Shown: positions 1 through 9,299 of the stretch, in pieces
Layout: every line of letters starts with the position of its first letter
Position numbering within the stretch: position 1 is the first letter of the stretch
Assembly: GCA_964513145.1 (NCBI GenBank)
Contig: CAZELK010000005.1
Coordinates: 1-64,000 of the forward strand
Direction of reading: 5' to 3'
Length of the DNA stretch: 64,000 nucleotides
Origin: Candidatus Woesearchaeota archaeon
GTDB lineage: Archaea; Nanobdellota; Nanobdellia; SCGC-AAA011-G17; JACPIM01
The notes under the pieces: model-generated
Told to the model about the DNA's origin: nothing
Databases searched by the model: none
The model's input: only the letters and a program-made list of their open reading frames with translations
Position numbers and translations under genes: made by a program

Positions 1-51
1 AATAGAAGGCTATGCCTCTATCTATTTAAAAATTAGGAATGCACCAGAGCT

Positions 52-360
52 TTAATTTATTTTTAGTTTGAATTCTGGAAATATAGTTTTGATAATATTA
101 AAATCTTTATCTTTTGTAATTAATTTCGCTTCTCTATTTAGACATATGGCTGCGATTAATATATCAACAGCACCCATTGGTTTTCCTTTTTCTCTTAATT
201 TATTTGATATTTCTATAGCTTTGATATAATCTTGATTATCTGGAAAGAGTATTTCAAATTTATTTAGAGATGGTGGGTGTTCAACAACAGTAAATACAGA
301 AACTATTCCCTCTTTTCTTTCTATAGCTACGCTTGTGTCAAGTATTTCTTTCTTTTCCAT
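52..360 (-). CDS. PIN-domain (VapC-like) toxin
   Basis: ILDTS N-terminal PIN motif, MGAVDILIAAIC and LITKDKDF acidic motifs; overlaps upstream antitoxin. Confidence 0.85.
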   Translation of the reverse strand: MEKKEILDTSVAIERKEGIVSVFTVVEHPPSLNKFEILFPDNQDYIKAIEISNKLREKGKPMGAVDILIAAICLNREAKLITKDKDFNIIKTIFPEFKLKIN

Positions 361-596
361 TCTTTTTCTTTTATTTTTTTATAAAATTCAGTACTTTCTT
401 TTTCAGCTACCTCATTAATGCTTTTTTGCACTTCTTCTGGCAATAATCTTAAAAGTTCTTTTCCAGGTACTGGATTTTTAATAAATAAAGTCTTTTTTAT
501 AATGGTTTGCCTAGCTATTTCACTCCATTTTATTTCTGGATGCTTTTTCATTTCTTCATATATCTCATCTGAGATACTCAAGGTTATATGCGCCAT
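327..596 (-). CDS. Ribbon-helix-helix antitoxin
   Basis: MAHITLSISDEIYEEMKKHPEIKWSEIARQ RHH pattern; directly upstream of PIN gene. Confidence 0.75.
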   Translation of the reverse strand: MAHITLSISDEIYEEMKKHPEIKWSEIARQTIIKKTLFIKNPVPGKELLRLLPEEVQKSINEVAEKESTEFYKKIKEKEWKRKKYLTQA

Positions 597-675
597 ACAT
601 ATTATACATAAGTGCCATATTTATATATATTTCTATTTATGGCAAGAATATTTAAACAAAATTCATTTCATATAA

Positions 676-1128
676 TTGAATATGAAAAGTATTTCAACAG
701 ATGCTCCGTTAAGCGAAATAACATTAAGGAAGTATGAAAAACCAGCAAATCTCAGCCAAAGGGAATTAACAAGAAAATTATGCTTATCTGTTGGATTATT
801 GCAACCAGGAGATTCAAGGGACGTAGTTGTTGATATTTTAAATGTCTTAATTCAAAACAAAAACAAAGAATTAAACTCTGAAGAGATTCGTGAAAATGTT
901 ATACAATTACGAAAGCAACATAATTTACAATTAAAAGGGATAGCTGCTTCAAACATAAGAAGGCAATTGAGAAGATTAAGAAGCTTGTTTTTAGTTGAAA
1001 AAATAAAAAACAATTATAGAATAACTGAATTTGAGACTTTAATAACAACTTTTGAAGACAAGGTAGAGAAATTTTATTTGAAAAATATTCTGGACAGGGT
1101 TAAAGAATATTTTCAAGCTATTAAATAA
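676..1128 (+). CDS. Conserved hypothetical protein, probable winged-helix DNA-binding
   Basis: 150-aa ORF with helical wHTH-like C-half (SNIRRQLRRLRSLFLVEKIKNNYRI). Confidence 0.55.
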   Translation: MNMKSISTDAPLSEITLRKYEKPANLSQRELTRKLCLSVGLLQPGDSRDVVVDILNVLIQNKNKELNSEEIRENVIQLRKQHNLQLKGIAASNIRRQLRRLRSLFLVEKIKNNYRITEFETLITTFEDKVEKFYLKNILDRVKEYFQAIK

Positions 1129-1720
1129 GCTTGATTTTTTCTAATAACTCATTTTTTTGTTTTCTGCTTGTGTAAGTTTTTCCAAATCTAACTAGGATTG
1201 GATTTATTTTAGCCCAATATTCTTTTGGAAACAATTTCCTTAAATCTTCTTCAATTTTTTCTTGTGTGTTATTTTTTGTCCATCCCAACTTATTTGAAAT
1301 ATAATTTACATGAGTGTCTATTGGCGTAGCATCAAAACCATATTCAGATAAAAACACGTTGGCTGTTTTTCTTCCAACTCCAGGCAATTCTATTAGTTTA
1401 TCAAAGTCTAACGGGGGAGTGCAGTTATATTTCTCAGACAATTCTTTAGCGCAATTTAAAACGTTTTTAGATTTATTTTTGTAAAAATTTATTGGCTTAA
1501 TTGTTTTTTGAATCTCTTTTAATGTTGTTTCTGATAACTCTTTTGGAGTTTTGTATTTGGAGAATAATAATTCTGCTACTTTTATTGTTACTTCATCCCT
1601 AGTTCTGGCTGATAATAAGGTGGCTATTAAGGTTTTCCATGGCTGATCCCATTGTTCAGCAGCCAAACGCATTTGAGAACTATATTTTTCTAATTCCTTT
1701 AACTGGTTAATTATATTCAT
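1121..1720 (-). CDS. nth: Endonuclease III (HhH-GPD DNA glycosylase)
   Basis: LLSARTRD, LPGVGRKTAN HhH, PIDTHV catalytic Asp; no C-terminal 4Fe-4S cysteines. Confidence 0.9.
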   Translation of the reverse strand: MNIINQLKELEKYSSQMRLAAEQWDQPWKTLIATLLSARTRDEVTIKVAELLFSKYKTPKELSETTLKEIQKTIKPINFYKNKSKNVLNCAKELSEKYNCTPPLDFDKLIELPGVGRKTANVFLSEYGFDATPIDTHVNYISNKLGWTKNNTQEKIEEDLRKLFPKEYWAKINPILVRFGKTYTSRKQKNELLEKIKLI

Positions 1721-1879
1721 TTTTTAATTTTTCTCCATAATTTAAGAGTCTCATGCTGCAATTCTACGGAAGTGTATTTTCCTTTTAAATGTGATAAAAT
1801 TCCCTCTATTAATTTTACCGGATCTTTAACTTTAGACAATTGTTTCGGTCTTTCCTTTACAAATTTTTTCAAGCTTCAT
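1717..1879 (-). pseudogene. Frameshifted small antitoxin-like ORF
   Basis: ATG at 1879 after GAGGGT; one extra A in an A6 run; corrected frame reads MKLEKFVKERPK...KYTSVELQHETLKLWRKIKK and its TGA overlaps the nth ATG. Confidence 0.45.
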
Positions 1880-1890
1880 ACCCTCTTTTG

Positions 1891-1974
1891 TCAATCACTC
1901 TTTAGCCAAACTTTTTTTACTAAGTAAAGCTGTTTGAACTCCATTCTATTATTTTCATCTATTAACAATCTCAT
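1891..1974 (-). pseudogene. Truncated DUF5615/PIN-like toxin stub
   Basis: MRLLIDEN start typical of DUF433 partner toxins, stops after 27 codons; 4 nt downstream of DUF433 gene. Confidence 0.55.
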
Positions 1975-1978
1975 AAGA

Positions 1979-2212
1979 TTAAGCGATCAAATAAATTTCT
2001 TCGTGTTTAAGTCTTTTCGCAGCATACTCTATTGCAGCCAATATATCTTCTTTTTTTAAATGTGGATAGCCTTCTAAAATATCTTCTATACTCATTGCAG
2101 AAGCTAATAACTGTAAAATAAATTCAACTGAAATACGAGTACCTTTAATTATAGGTTTACCTACTAAAATTTCTTGGTTTATAGTTATCCTATCAGTTAC
2201 TTTGTCTATCAT
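1979..2212 (-). CDS. DUF433 family antitoxin
   Basis: GKPIIKGTRISVEFIL...YPHLKKEDILAAIEYA signature. Confidence 0.9.
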   Translation of the reverse strand: MIDKVTDRITINQEILVGKPIIKGTRISVEFILQLLASAMSIEDILEGYPHLKKEDILAAIEYAAKRLKHEEIYLIA

Positions 2213-2268
2213 AAATATGTAAATACTTTTATTATTTTTAATTTTTTGGGTTATTTTTTACTTTGAAT

Positions 2269-2868
2269 TTACTTAAATACTGAGCCTTCTTCATTGCTCC
2301 AAAATAAAAGATCTATTTCGTCCATAGGAATATTTAGTTTTTTTGAGAATTCTTTAAATTTATTTTCAATTTCAATGTATTTTCTTCTTGTTAATGTTTT
2401 TGGGATTTCTTCAATTACTTTTTGCTCATATAAATTTTTTAAAATATGTCTATCTAAAATTGCCAGGTCTCTTCGACCTATATTGCGCTGGTAATGCCCA
2501 CTTTCTTTTAGGCCTACACCTTTAATATTATTTACAAGCCAGTCTCTCATTTCAACTGGATTTAATAATTTTAAATTATAAATTATTTCATTATATTTTG
2601 ATTTGGCTTCCAATAAATATTTTGATTTATTATTTTGAAACCTTGTTCTTCCAATTAAAAAATTTAATGGATTAATATCCTTATTCAAAAAATCATTTTT
2701 CTTTAAATCTTCAATAGCTTTCCAGCATAATTTTGCCTTACTTTGCGGAGTTAAAATACAAAAACATAATTCATAAAACAAATCCTCTTCTTTTGTTATT
2801 TTTGCAAAGTCATTTAATCTCTTCTTAATTATTTCTTTTTTTTGTTCATATGCATTTACAATATCCAT
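2269..2868 (-). CDS. ogg: 8-oxoguanine N-glycosylase/DNA lyase (archaeal Ogg type)
   Basis: CILTPQS, KGVGLKESGH HhH with Lys, LAILDRHIL; start moved to ATG 2868 just after upstream stop. Confidence 0.85.
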   Translation of the reverse strand: MDIVNAYEQKKEIIKKRLNDFAKITKEEDLFYELCFCILTPQSKAKLCWKAIEDLKKNDFLNKDINPLNFLIGRTRFQNNKSKYLLEAKSKYNEIIYNLKLLNPVEMRDWLVNNIKGVGLKESGHYQRNIGRRDLAILDRHILKNLYEQKVIEEIPKTLTRRKYIEIENKFKEFSKKLNIPMDEIDLLFWSNEEGSVFK

Positions 2869-2870
2869 TT

Positions 2871-3434
2871 TTATCTTAAGTGCTCGTAAATTTCTTCCCA
2901 ATTAAATACTCTCTTTATTCCATTATTTAGTTTTTCATTCCATGGCTGATCAAATAATAACACTTCTATACCTAAAGAATGAACTTTTAAGGCAGTTTCA
3001 GGGTCGTCGTCTATTGCAATATCGCATTTTGCTTTTTTAGAGGTTTCGTGTTTTGATCCGCCTATTTCCCCTTCTCTTGGGTATTGATTGACTAAATGCA
3101 CTTCTGAAAAACATGAAGGGAAAAATCTTTCAAGCCATTCAATTGTTTGTTCTTTCAAATGCGGAGGCCGACCTGAAACTATTATTAATTCATGAGTTTT
3201 TGATAAATCTTTTATTATCTGGGGAGAACTGCCTATTGGCAAAATTTTTTCAAAAAAATTACTTTTTTCAAAAGACCTATAATAATCAATAAACTTTTGT
3301 AATTGCCCAGCATAATTATGAACGCCAAGATTATTTTTGTCTAATTTTATTTTATGCTCTTCAAAAATATAATTAATAAAAGCTGGTGTTGAATCTGCCA
3401 TAGTATCGTCTATGTCTACATGGATCTTTGCCAT
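2871..3434 (-). CDS. HAD-family 5'(3')-deoxyribonucleotidase
   Basis: VDIDDTMAD HAD motif I, IVSGR, AIDD, LFDQPWN, typical NT5C-like. Confidence 0.8.
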   Translation of the reverse strand: MAKIHVDIDDTMADSTPAFINYIFEEHKIKLDKNNLGVHNYAGQLQKFIDYYRSFEKSNFFEKILPIGSSPQIIKDLSKTHELIIVSGRPPHLKEQTIEWLERFFPSCFSEVHLVNQYPREGEIGGSKHETSKKAKCDIAIDDDPETALKVHSLGIEVLLFDQPWNEKLNNGIKRVFNWEEIYEHLR

Positions 3435-3998
3435 TTATTTATCTAAAAATATTTTGCTTGCCAAAGGCTCCAATTGCTTATTATATTTAGATTCTTTTCT
3501 TTTATTATATGGCATTTCAGACGGCGAAGTCAAAGTGTCAAATGTTAATCTGCATACTCTTGTGCCAGACCATAGTGTTACCGGAACTTTTGATATGTTT
3601 GCTATTTCCAATGTCAAATAACCTTCAAACCCAGGATCAACTGAACCTGCTGTTGAATGAATAACAACACCCAAGCGACCAAGAGAGCTTCTACCATCCA
3701 GCCTTCCAACTAAATCATCCGGGAGCTTTATGTATTCTTTTGTTGCTCCCAAAACAAATTCACCTGGGTGCAATATAAACGGTTCATTCTCATTTTTTTC
3801 TATTGTTTCCATCATATCTGCTGGAACACTTTCTTTTGTATCGATATGCGTTACTTGAGTTGTTTTAAAAATCTTAAATTTACTTCCTAATCTTAAATCA
3901 ACTGAAGCCAAACTTACACTACTTATATCTAAACCTTGTATTACCAAAGAACCATCAGCAATTCTCTTTTTTATATCTCTATCACTTAATACTGCCAT
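3435..3998 (-). CDS. dcd: dCTP deaminase
   Basis: SVDLRLG, GRSSLGRLG, AGSVDPGFEGYLTLEI, Y..R..SKY motifs. Confidence 0.95.
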   Translation of the reverse strand: MAVLSDRDIKKRIADGSLVIQGLDISSVSLASVDLRLGSKFKIFKTTQVTHIDTKESVPADMMETIEKNENEPFILHPGEFVLGATKEYIKLPDDLVGRLDGRSSLGRLGVVIHSTAGSVDPGFEGYLTLEIANISKVPVTLWSGTRVCRLTFDTLTSPSEMPYNKRKESKYNKQLEPLASKIFLDK

Positions 3999-4072
3999 AC
4001 CCCTTAATTTGTACAGCTACTATTTAATATTTTTTATATTCCGAAGATACTATTTTTGATACAAAATTGAAA

Positions 4073-4306
4073 TTAAACTTCTTGTCTTAATTTATCATAA
4101 TCTTCTCTGCTAATTTTAGCCTGCTTTAAGATTTCATTTAGCAACCCAGTTCCAAGTTCTTCATTACCATGAACTGGAATTACAGTTCTTCTGCCATCCA
4201 AGTGCTTAAATCTTATATGACTACCTTTTCCATAGCTTTTCTCAAACCCTAACCTCTCTAGAATCTTACACATTTTTTTGCCAGAAACCAGTACTAATTT
4301 TGTCAT
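4073..4306 (-). CDS. hicA: HicA toxin
   Basis: LGF...GKGSHIRFKHLDGRRTVIPVHGNEEL. Confidence 0.92.
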   Translation of the reverse strand: MTKLVLVSGKKMCKILERLGFEKSYGKGSHIRFKHLDGRRTVIPVHGNEELGTGLLNEILKQAKISREDYDKLRQEV

Positions 4307-4527
4307 ACTTCAATCTGAACTTGCTGTACGCCAATAAATTTCATTGGCTCTATTTCCTCTTTATCTGCTTCCAAACAAACTTCAATAGCTTCTTTAATTC
4401 TGTCAAGAACCTGGGCGATTGTTTTACCCTGGGTATGGCAACCAGCTATGTCTGGAACAGTTGCAACATACCATCCTTCTTCATCTTGCTCTATTAAGAC
4501 TGTAAAGTTTAACATTTTATTTTCCAT
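4303..4527 (-). CDS. hicB: HicB antitoxin (short form)
   Basis: IEQDEEGWYVATVPDIAGCHTQGKT; ATGA overlap with hicA. Confidence 0.92.
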   Translation of the reverse strand: MENKMLNFTVLIEQDEEGWYVATVPDIAGCHTQGKTIAQVLDRIKEAIEVCLEADKEEIEPMKFIGVQQVQIEV

Positions 4528-4579
4528 AAAAGTATTAAAGAACAGGCTTATATAAAATTATCGGCAGTTTTCACTCGAG

Positions 4580-6175
4580 TTATCTTGTTTTTAAATTGTT
4601 TAATATATTAGTTAATTGCTCTGTGCTTTTTTTCAAATTAGGATCCTCTTTTTTTATAATTGGTTTATCTATTGGCTTTTCGATAATTGGTTTTAATAAT
4701 GTGTCAAAATTTAATTTATTATCCTGAGCATAATGAATATTTAATTTTAAAGCTGTTTCTGCTTTCATTAATTCCAATCCAATGTCCAATGCATGAGGAA
4801 CTAAAGAAATTATGTTTTCTTTAATCAGAATATTTCTCATCTCTTCTGCTGATTTTGCCTTGTAAATTCCCAAAGTTTCTTTTGTTGGTGATGTGTGCTC
4901 GAGAATAATTTCATTATCTTCTAAACTTATAATCAAATTACCCCTGGGATCAAATTCAGACAATAAACTTGCATATCTTGGCAAATACATTTCAACTATT
5001 TTATTGCATCTTTCCCAAGAATCATCATAAATATGTGCTGACTGCGACAAAATAACTAAATTGCCTAATTTTAAATCATCATTTATTCCTTTTGCTTTTA
5101 ACCCTTCTTCAACCTGCTTTCTTATTTCTTCCTGCAATACTCTTAAAGCCAAGGCATTTTCTGGATAACCTTCGAACATGTCATGACTTCTAAAAATAGC
5201 AGTCATATACAATTTATTATTATTTACCCTTAACCAGATATGATTTAAGCATGGACTTCCACCCAATGTCAAGTCTTTTACAGTATCCCATAAACTTATT
5301 ACAACTGCTCTTGAAACTGATTCACGAATTAATTTTTCAACAGCGCCTTTAACCTGGTCAATGCCAAACCAGCTTCGCATTCTGCTTCCATAAGTGTATT
5401 CATTTTTTGATGTTCCACCTGGAAGATCCTTAGTCATTCTCGGAATATATTCATTTACATGCTGCTTGTCTGACGGGAAAAAATCCGGAACATTAAGATT
5501 ATATGGATCTTCATCTGAAATAATCGACATTAAATTCACAATTTCTTTTTGCATATCATCATAATGAGTGCCTGATTCTTTGCCAAATTTTAAAATTGTG
5601 TCTAAAACTTTTATCCATGCTTCTGCAACTGTTTTTCCCCTTACTACATAACCAATATATTCGCCAACATATTTTTTTACAAACTCTTCTTTTTTAATAA
5701 AAATCATTTTTTCCCTTGTTTTTTGTATTTGTGGCAATGTTGAGAAATCAAATATGCTTAAATCCGGAACTTTTACTAAAGAAACTGTTTCCCTTATCAA
5801 GTTTAAAGCTTCTTCTGTTATATCTAAGTCTATGTAACCTTCATACTGGCTATTTACACGCCAACATGGTTTTTCAGTTGTGTCTGTTTTTCCCTTGAAA
5901 AAACCTTTTTCGAAAAAGTCTTTTAAAACTATGCCTGATTTTGAAAAATCTACCCCACTCAATAACAAAATAGAAATTTTTGGATTTGCCAATAAATTTC
6001 TTATTAATAAATCCAAACCTCTTTCTGCACTATACAAAGGACCAATTACACAATATTTACTAGAATCAATTTTTTGGGCCAATTCTTTTGGCTTGCTCCA
6101 CAAAGTTACTATGCCCACATTGCTATCTGGATTGCCATAAATTAGTCTAGACCCCTTATATAAAGCTTCAAACAA
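4580..6175 (-). CDS. thyA: Thymidylate synthase fused to N-terminal MtrA-like and C-terminal DUF4346-like domains
   Basis: YTYGSRMR, SPCL catalytic Cys, FRSHD, SQSAHIY; TTG start 10 nt after GAGGTG; extra domains recognised by motif. Confidence 0.85.
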   Translation of the reverse strand: MFEALYKGSRLIYGNPDSNVGIVTLWSKPKELAQKIDSSKYCVIGPLYSAERGLDLLIRNLLANPKISILLLSGVDFSKSGIVLKDFFEKGFFKGKTDTTEKPCWRVNSQYEGYIDLDITEEALNLIRETVSLVKVPDLSIFDFSTLPQIQKTREKMIFIKKEEFVKKYVGEYIGYVVRGKTVAEAWIKVLDTILKFGKESGTHYDDMQKEIVNLMSIISDEDPYNLNVPDFFPSDKQHVNEYIPRMTKDLPGGTSKNEYTYGSRMRSWFGIDQVKGAVEKLIRESVSRAVVISLWDTVKDLTLGGSPCLNHIWLRVNNNKLYMTAIFRSHDMFEGYPENALALRVLQEEIRKQVEEGLKAKGINDDLKLGNLVILSQSAHIYDDSWERCNKIVEMYLPRYASLLSEFDPRGNLIISLEDNEIILEHTSPTKETLGIYKAKSAEEMRNILIKENIISLVPHALDIGLELMKAETALKLNIHYAQDNKLNFDTLLKPIIEKPIDKPIIKKEDPNLKKSTEQLTNILNNLKTR

Positions 6176-6244
6176 ATTAATTTTTCACCTCAAAACAATT
6201 TTGATGTTTTTATATATAAATATTTGTCTCGTGAATAACAATAA

Positions 6245-6874
6245 TTAATATTCAATGCCTCTTCTAGCTGAAACACCTTTTTCATAATAATGCTTGACTA
6301 ATTTCATTTCAGTAACCAAATCAGCCATTTCTATTATTTTTGGGTCAGCGTCCCGACCTGTAATAATTAATTCTGTTGTTTTGTTTTTATTTTTTATTAA
6401 ATCCATTAATTCAGTTAACTGCAAAAATCCAAGTTTTACTGCCACATTTACTTCATCTAAAACAACCATATCATATTCTTGTGAAGAAGTAATTTCTTTT
6501 GCCTTATCAAATGCCAATCTTACAAAACGTCCTTGCTCTTCATCATTTAAAAAACAATATCTGCAAGGGCCGCATTCTATATCTTCTCTTACATAATCAA
6601 AAAAATGAGCCTTGTCATCAAAACCAATCAATTTCAACTGCTTTTTTTCAACAACACAACCACGACCATACTGAATAAACTCATTATTTGGAAGAAAATT
6701 TTTAGCACTAATGAATTCACCAGTATAAGCACCACCTTTCATGAACTGGATTATAAAAACTTTAAGACCCTGGCCAATTGCCCTGACAGCCAGGCCAATT
6801 GCTGCAGAAGTTTTTCCTTTTCCATTACCTGTGTATACTTGAACTAAGCCCAGCTTGCTTTGCGTTATTTTTAT
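6245..6874 (-). CDS. cobO: Cob(I)alamin adenosyltransferase (CobO/BtuR type)
   Basis: Frame extends upstream of track ATG to LGLVQVYTGNGKGKTSAAIGLAVRA; IQFMKG, VVLDEV, LIITGR, ADLVTEM, RRGIEY; start codon uncertain (ATA 6874 or 6868). Confidence 0.9.
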   Translation of the reverse strand: MKITQSKLGLVQVYTGNGKGKTSAAIGLAVRAIGQGLKVFIIQFMKGGAYTGEFISAKNFLPNNEFIQYGRGCVVEKKQLKLIGFDDKAHFFDYVREDIECGPCRYCFLNDEEQGRFVRLAFDKAKEITSSQEYDMVVLDEVNVAVKLGFLQLTELMDLIKNKNKTTELIITGRDADPKIIEMADLVTEMKLVKHYYEKGVSARRGIEY

Positions 6875-6886
6875 CCACCACCTTTT

Positions 6887-8914
6887 TTAATTTGGTTCTT
6901 TTAAATTTATAACCTGCTCCACTCTTGAACCATTTCTGTAAATTGTAATCCCTTTACAACCAGCTTCATGCGCTTTAAAATATACTTTTTCAACATCCTG
7001 CAATGTAGCTGCAGATGGGAAATTTACTGTTTTTGAAATTGCATTATCAATGTAGTTCTGGAAAATAGCCTGCATTTTTACATGCCACTCTGGACTAATT
7101 TGATGAGACATAACAAATGATTTTTTTATTTTTTCAGGTATTTCTTCTATTCCTTCTAATGACCCTTGCTCAACTATTTTCTTAATTAATGATGGCGAGT
7201 AAAATCCTCTTTCTTTTGCAATTTTCTCAAAATGTTTATTTACAATAATTATCTGTGTTCCATCAAGAATATTTCTCATGTAACAAATTGCAAAATTAGG
7301 CTCTATGCTATTACTTGTTTCTGCCAACATGCTTATACTCCCTGTTGGTGCAATTGCTGTAACTGTTGCATTTCTCATTGATATTTTATTATTGAAAATA
7401 CTTTTTTTGTAATTTGCAAAATTTCCTTTTTCTACGCCTAAATTAGATGATTCTTCTCTTGCTGTTTTTTGCACGAATTTTATTATTTCTTCTGCAATTT
7501 CCAATGCTTTTTCGCTATTATATGGGATCTGCAATGCAAATAAAAGATCTGCAAAGCCCATTACACCAAGACCTACTTTTCTGTTTGCTTTTGTCATTTC
7601 ATTTACTTTCTCAATTTTATAATTAGTTGCGTCAATTGCATTATCAAGAAATCTGACAGCTAATTTTACAACTGTTTTTAATCTTTCAAAATCTATTTTA
7701 TCTTCTTTTACAAACTTTTCTAAATTTACTGAACCTAAAAAACAACCTTCATAAGGATATAATGGAATTTCTGCACAACTGCTTGTTGTTTCCAATTCCC
7801 CAAATTCCGGTGTTGGATTTTTTTTATTAATATTGTCCAAGAATAACAAGCCAGGCTCACCGTTTTTCCAGGCTGCTGAGATTATCATGTCAAATATTTT
7901 TCTTGCATTATATTTATTTACGACTTTTTTTACATGCGGGTCATAAATATCATAATCTTCTCTTTTTTTTACTGCTTCCAAGAATTTGTCTGTAATACCT
8001 ACAGAAATATTAAAATTTTTTAAATTTGATATGTTGTCTTTTGCACCAATAAACTCTATTATATTTGGGTGATCGCATCTCAGGATAGCCATGTTGGCAC
8101 CTTTTCTATTACCCCTGCATCTTATTAAGTCACTTGCATTGTTGAAAATATGCATGAAGGCGATTGGACCAACTGCCTTTCCAGTAATTTCTGAAGTTCT
8201 GCTTCCGCTAGGACGGATTTTTGAAAAGTTAAAACCAGTGCCTGCTGAAGTTTTCTGCAATATAACTGCATGGAGCAAGGAAGTAAAAATACTTTCAAGA
8301 CTATCTTCTATTGGTATTGCAAATGAACTTGCCAAAGCAGTTGAGTTTGTGCCTGCGTTTGCCAATATTCTTCCTGAGGGCAGAAATTCTAAATTTGAAA
8401 TTATGTCATAAAATCTTTTTTCTAAATCTTTGACATATTGCTCGTCTTTTTTATATAATTTTTCAACTAAGGCTATACATTTTGCGACTCTCAAAAACAT
8501 TTCATTCGGAGTTTCTATTACATTACCATGCTTATCTTTTTGCAAATATTTGGCTTCTGCTATTTTTAATGCTGAAATACTTAAATCAGAATCATCAATT
8601 TTTCCAATTAAAGACTGCTTAGCTTCCCTAATCATTGTTCGTTTATATCTGTATAAAATATAGGATTTAGCTGTTTCAGCATGGCCTTCTCTTATCAAAA
8701 TTTTTTCAATTATATCCTGTATATCTTCAACAGTCGGGGTTTCTTTTTTTGCATAATTTAATTCCAATTCTTTTTCAACATTTTCTGCCAAATTTTCTGC
8801 CAATTTATTATCTAATTTATTTACAGAATCCATTGCTTTAGAGATAGCATTAACAATCTTCTCCTTACTAAAAAGAACTATTCTACCATCCCGTTTTCTT
8901 ACTTTTGTTATCAT
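6887..8914 (-). CDS. nrdJ: Class II (AdoCbl) ribonucleotide reductase-like protein with ATP-cone, catalytically degenerate
   Basis: ATP-cone VRKRDG...VEDIQD; TAIAPTGSIS, GITIYRNGSR; but LASSF replaces LxxCF and TSSCAE replaces TNPCGE. Confidence 0.85.
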   Translation of the reverse strand: MITKVRKRDGRIVLFSKEKIVNAISKAMDSVNKLDNKLAENLAENVEKELELNYAKKETPTVEDIQDIIEKILIREGHAETAKSYILYRYKRTMIREAKQSLIGKIDDSDLSISALKIAEAKYLQKDKHGNVIETPNEMFLRVAKCIALVEKLYKKDEQYVKDLEKRFYDIISNLEFLPSGRILANAGTNSTALASSFAIPIEDSLESIFTSLLHAVILQKTSAGTGFNFSKIRPSGSRTSEITGKAVGPIAFMHIFNNASDLIRCRGNRKGANMAILRCDHPNIIEFIGAKDNISNLKNFNISVGITDKFLEAVKKREDYDIYDPHVKKVVNKYNARKIFDMIISAAWKNGEPGLLFLDNINKKNPTPEFGELETTSSCAEIPLYPYEGCFLGSVNLEKFVKEDKIDFERLKTVVKLAVRFLDNAIDATNYKIEKVNEMTKANRKVGLGVMGFADLLFALQIPYNSEKALEIAEEIIKFVQKTAREESSNLGVEKGNFANYKKSIFNNKISMRNATVTAIAPTGSISMLAETSNSIEPNFAICYMRNILDGTQIIIVNKHFEKIAKERGFYSPSLIKKIVEQGSLEGIEEIPEKIKKSFVMSHQISPEWHVKMQAIFQNYIDNAISKTVNFPSAATLQDVEKVYFKAHEAGCKGITIYRNGSRVEQVINLKEPN

Positions 8915-9044
8915 AAAACACCAAAATTAAGGTTTTTATTATTGTGCTGTTTATATTATTTTCTTTATGATTTAATTTCATAGGTACTTTATTTAATATT
9001 AAACCACAATATTTAAATATTACTTTGTTTTACTTAGTAATACT

Positions 9045-9299
9045 ATGGAAACTATAACTATTAAAATTGAAGAACAATTTGCTAAAAATCTTGAAAAAAC
9101 TATAAAAAAACATAATTACAGTACAAAAACTGAATTTATAAGAGAAGCTATACGAGACAAAATTCATGATTTAGAAAAAGAAGAAGCTCTTATGAGAGCC
9201 AGAAAATTATTCGGAACTTCTCGATTACAAACTACGGATGAACAACGCCATAGGGCTGGGGAAGAAGCCTTTGAGGAATTAGAAAAAGAACTACAATAA
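9045..9299 (+). CDS. CopG/RHH family antitoxin-like regulator
   Basis: METITIKIEE...YSTKTEFIREAIRDKI. Confidence 0.8.
   Translation: METITIKIEEQFAKNLEKTIKKHNYSTKTEFIREAIRDKIHDLEKEEALMRARKLFGTSRLQTTDEQRHRAGEEAFEELEKELQ

Noticed and set aside
2-55. 3' end of a plus-strand gene entering the window
   Set aside because: Only 17 codons are visible; no product can be assigned.
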